From: Acidobacteriota bacterium | GTDB taxonomy: Bacteria; Acidobacteriota; Thermoanaerobaculia; UBA5066 | Reading direction: 5' to 3' | Length of the DNA: 36,773 nt | NCBI GenBank assembly: GCA_016789625.1 | Contig: JAEUQS010000494.1 | Span: forward strand, 1 to 36,773 | Shown here: positions 34,517-36,773 of the stretch, piece after piece | How positions within the stretch are numbered: position 1 is the first letter of the stretch | How the letters are laid out: every line of letters starts with the position of its first letter | Notes under the pieces: generated by a model | Databases searched by the model: none | Seen by the model: only the letters and a program-made list of their open reading frames with translations | What the model was told of the DNA's origin: nothing | Position numbers and translations under genes: made by a program

Positions 34517-34960
34517 TCAGGCTTCGTGCAGGAGGTGCAGCTGGGTGAGCTGGCCGTGGCTCGAGATCACGCTTCCCAGGAGCGGCACGATCAGGCCGAG
34601 CGCGAGCAGCATGAGCGAGGCTCCGAACGCGCCGGCCCAGACGATGGCCGTGGGAGCGCGCTCGACGCGCTGCTCGGCGTAGTCGTTCGTCCGCACCGTG
34701 ACGCTCGACGGCTGGACGACGACCTGGCCCTGCGGACCCGTGACCGCGACGCGGCCTTCGGCCAGCAGCTTCTGCATGGGCTCACCGGCCACGTAGACCT
34801 CCACGTGGTCGCCCACGCCGCGGATCTCGGGGGCGAGGTACTTGGGGGTCCAGGCGTTCAGGGGCTGGTCCCAGAGACGGTAGAGGTTGTACGAGGACGC
34901 CGCGAGCACGAGGCCCCCGACGATGAATGCGAAAAGCCGGAACTTGTTCTTCGTCGTCAT
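34517..34960 (-). CDS. Small hypothetical membrane protein (2 TM helices flanking a ~85-aa exposed domain).
   Basis: ATG with a GGAGGG SD upstream. TM1: FRLFAFIVGGLVLAASSYNLY. TM2: AIVWAGAFGASLMLLALGLIVPLLGSVI. It lies 76 nt upstream of the fused lyase gene on the same strand. Confidence 0.75.
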   Translation of the reverse strand: MTTKNKFRLFAFIVGGLVLAASSYNLYRLWDQPLNAWTPKYLAPEIRGVGDHVEVYVAGEPMQKLLAEGRVAVTGPQGQVVVQPSSVTVRTNDYAEQRVERAPTAIVWAGAFGASLMLLALGLIVPLLGSVISSHGQLTQLHLLHEA

Positions 34961-35109
34961 GTTCCCTCCCCGGAGACACCCGGTGCGGCTCCGCCCGTCT
35001 CGAGGCGGCGCCGTGCACCTGACTCCACCCCTCCAAGATGGCCCGGGGCTCCCGCCGCGTCATTGATGCAGAAGGCCTAGACTTGGAGCGGGAAAGGGGT
35101 CGCAAGACG

Positions 35110-35604
35110 ATGGCTACGAAGAAGAGCGCGAAGAAGAAAGCCCCGGCCAAGGCCAAACCGGCAGCCGCGAAGTCCAACGCGAAGAAGGCGGCCTCGCCGA
35201 AGCGGTCGGAGCCCGAATCCCTGCGGCTGCGGGCGGTTTCGCCGTCCTTCACCGTGAACGATCTCGAGGCGAGCCTGAAGTGGTACCGCGACGTGATGGG
35301 GTTCACGGAGGGAAAGCGCTACGACGACAAGGGCAAGCTCGTCGGTGTGGAGCTCCTTGCAGGGGAAGCCTTCTTCATGCTGGGGCAGGACGACTGGAAG
35401 AAGGGGAAGAACCGCGCGAAGGGCGAGGGCATGAGGCTCTACTGCATGACCGTGCAGGACGTCGACGTGCTGGCTGCCGAGATCCGGGCCCGTGGCGGAA
35501 AGCTCGATCAGCCGCCCACGGACCAGCCGTGGGGTATGCGCGATTTCTCCGTCACGGATCCCGACGGCTTCAAGATCACGATCGCCCGGGAGCTCGGGAA
35601 GTAA
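35110..35604 (+). CDS. VOC-family (glyoxalase/bleomycin-resistance fold) protein with an N-terminal Lys/Ala-rich histone-H1-like tail.
   Basis: MATKKSAKKKAPAKAKPAAAKSNAKKAASPKR, followed by LRAVSPSFTVNDLEASLKWYRDVMGF...MRLYCMTVQDVDVLAAEIRARGGKL...QPWGMRDFSVTDPDGFKITIA (VOC fold). An alternative upstream ATG at 35038 has no SD. Confidence 0.8.
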   Translation: MATKKSAKKKAPAKAKPAAAKSNAKKAASPKRSEPESLRLRAVSPSFTVNDLEASLKWYRDVMGFTEGKRYDDKGKLVGVELLAGEAFFMLGQDDWKKGKNRAKGEGMRLYCMTVQDVDVLAAEIRARGGKLDQPPTDQPWGMRDFSVTDPDGFKITIARELGK

Positions 35605-35608
35605 GGCG

Positions 35609-36190
35609 ATGTCCGCAGGGCCCGATTTCGCGGTCGCGTTTCGGGCCCTGGAGAGCCTCGTCGAGAGCCAGCCCGACGGTGTGACGGGCGAGATCGCGCG
35701 CGGTGTGTTCGCGATGTCGCCGCGGGCGCGGCCACGACACAGCTTCAGCCTGGGCGAGCTGTACCACCACCTACGGAACCGATTCGGCGACTCCTCCCCG
35801 GGAACGCCCCCGGATTGGCTCTTTCTGGTGGACCCGGAGACCCGTTCCGAGGCGGCCTACTCTCGGCTCGTTCCCGATGTGGCCGGCTGGCGGAAGTCCA
35901 CGACGGGATGGCCCACGCCCGACGACCCGCTGATCGAGCTCATGCCCGAGTGGGTGGCCGAGGTCCTGTCTCCGGGGACGCGCGCTTTCGATGAGGGGCC
36001 CAAGAAAGACGCGTACGGCCTGATGGGCGTGGGCTGGCTCTGGCTCGTGGATACCGAGGCGAAGCGGATCGAGGTGCTCGAGAACGTGCGCGGCAAGATG
36101 CTGCCGAGGGCGTCCGTGGAGTCGGGCGCCCTCGTCGCACCGCCGTTCGGCGTCGTGGGCGTGGACCTCGCGAAACTGTTCTGGGCCTGA
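35609..36190 (+). CDS. Uma2-family (DUF820) putative PD-(D/E)xK endonuclease.
   Basis: VPDVAGW...PEWVAEVLSPGTRAFDEGPKKDAYGLMGVGWLWLVDTEAKRIEVLE matches the Uma2 core (PD...E.lS......D...K...Y...Gv.eyW.vD). The ATG at 35609 is 4 nt after the upstream stop. The track start at 35492 overlaps the upstream gene. Confidence 0.8.
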   Translation: MSAGPDFAVAFRALESLVESQPDGVTGEIARGVFAMSPRARPRHSFSLGELYHHLRNRFGDSSPGTPPDWLFLVDPETRSEAAYSRLVPDVAGWRKSTTGWPTPDDPLIELMPEWVAEVLSPGTRAFDEGPKKDAYGLMGVGWLWLVDTEAKRIEVLENVRGKMLPRASVESGALVAPPFGVVGVDLAKLFWA

Positions 36191-36191
36191 C

Positions 36192-36773
36192 CTACCTCAG
36201 AATCGTGTAGAGGTTGCTGAAGTCGTCGGTCCAGGGCGGGATGCTGCGTTTTCCGTCCAGCGGCAGGGCGACCTTCGAGAGCGTGGCGTGTAGCAGAAGT
36301 TCGCCGTCCCGGACCATCAGCACCCAGTCGGAGCTGAAGGCGCCGCCTTCGGGGACGGCGTCGTTCGTCACCTCGCGAACCTGCCAGCCGCCTTCCCGGG
36401 CCTCGGCCAGGAGCACGGGCTCGAGGTCGAGGTAGCGGTTGGAGATGTGCACCGCGACGACGCCGCCGGGCGCGAGGTGCCGCCGGTACTGTGCGAAGGC
36501 CTCCCGCGTCAGGAGATGCACGGGAATCGAGTCGCTGCTGAACGCGTCCACGGCGATGAGGTCGTAGGCCTGCGGGGCCTCCCGCTCGAGGGACAGCCGC
36601 GCGTCGCCGAGCACGACCTCGACCTTCCCTTCGCACGTCGGGAGCGCGACGAACAAGGTGCGGGCCAGCTTCTCGACGAGGGGGTTGATCTCGTACACGC
36701 GCACCACGTCGCCCGCGCGGGCGTAGTTCGCGAGCGCGCCCGATCCGAGCCCCACGACGGCGTACCGGATGGG
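36192..36773 (-). CDS. Spermidine-synthase-like methyltransferase-fold domain (probably the C-terminus of a fused MFS/spermidine synthase-type protein). The 5' end lies beyond the right window edge.
   Basis: VVGLGSGALANYARAGDVVRVYEINPLVEKLAR, VVLGDARLSL, YDLIAVDAFSSDSIPVHLLTREAFAQYRRHLAPGGVVAVHISNRYLDL. The reading frame stays open to the window edge upstream of the listed start. Confidence 0.8.
   Translation of the reverse strand, partial: PIRYAVVGLGSGALANYARAGDVVRVYEINPLVEKLARTLFVALPTCEGKVEVVLGDARLSLEREAPQAYDLIAVDAFSSDSIPVHLLTREAFAQYRRHLAPGGVVAVHISNRYLDLEPVLLAEAREGGWQVREVTNDAVPEGGAFSSDWVLMVRDGELLLHATLSKVALPLDGKRSIPPWTDDFSNLYTILR

Noticed and set aside
18683-34548. Shadow ORFs 18683-20917 (-), 20677-23526 (-), 24662-26035 (-), 25692-26861 (-), 28082-29329 (+), 28926-30386 (-), 31174-34548 (+), 31226-34159 (-).
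   Set aside because: Same reasoning: high-GC antisense or out-of-frame ORFs with degenerate composition that overlap motif-bearing genes.
11793-36190. N-terminal extensions in the track for 11793-14267, 14895-17345, 17105-18217, 18761-21037, 24479-25867, 27638-29389, 29326-31014, 35038-35604 and 35492-36190.
   Set aside because: In each case an internal start gives a proper signal peptide or family-typical N-terminus, often with a GGAGG-type SD. The extension is Arg-rich and overlaps the neighbouring gene.
35609-36190. Uma2 endonuclease as evidence of a mobile element or restriction-modification/defence island.
   Set aside because: I saw no transposase, integrase, methylase partner, tRNA target or flanking repeats. 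Uma2-family genes are common stand-alone genes.

Overview
High-GC window (roughly 70% by eye, not computed), almost fully coding, with 24 protein genes that I can support. I saw no rRNA, tRNA, CRISPR array, transposase or integrase. All family calls come from motif recognition by eye; no database search was run. An ADOP-type duplicated orphan permease (9174-11693) points to an Acidobacteriota-like genome. High GC produces many long antisense shadow ORFs in the supplied track, and I reject these.

Gene order:
- (-) A giant Ser/Thr kinase-STAND ATPase-TPR-2xSBP5 protein. It is missing from the ORF track because it runs off the left edge (1-4830).
- (+) A 4-TM protein and an 854-aa HEAT/DUF4388 protein.
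- (-) A co-directional string: periplasmic glutathione peroxidase, ADOP permease, SBP5 lipoprotein, GT-C glycosyltransferase, CBM9/DUF5916 protein.
- (+) An NPPY methyltransferase, convergent with a (-) DUF4136 lipoprotein.
- (+) A tightly packed 8.8-kb string: 731-aa orphan, zinc-ribbon/TPR/TM protein, LhgO-like flavoprotein, beta-barrel OMP, ZnuA-like SBP, ZnuB-like permease. No ATPase is present.
- A divergent pair of secreted paralogs (27638-31014) flanking a perfect 16-bp palindrome.
- (-) DUF2461 protein, an 887-aa head-to-tail fusion of two tryptophanase/tyrosine-phenol-lyase modules, and a small 2-TM protein.
- (+) A VOC/glyoxalase protein with a Lys/Ala-rich tail and a Uma2 endonuclease.
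- (-) A partial spermidine-synthase-like gene.

Best candidates for something new:
1. The fused double beta-eliminating lyase. Its two halves have lost reciprocal catalytic motifs, which suggests a covalent pseudo-heterodimer with one composite active site.
2. The cytoplasmic kinase-STAND protein that carries two solute-binding domains.
3. The orphan 731-aa plus zinc-ribbon/TPR/TM gene pair, which is translationally packed with an oxidoreductase and metal-uptake genes.
4. The divergent secreted paralog pair with a shared palindromic site.

I also found a 34-nt repeat present twice, each copy directly 3' of a minus-strand gene, and two perfect or near-perfect in-frame tandem repeats.
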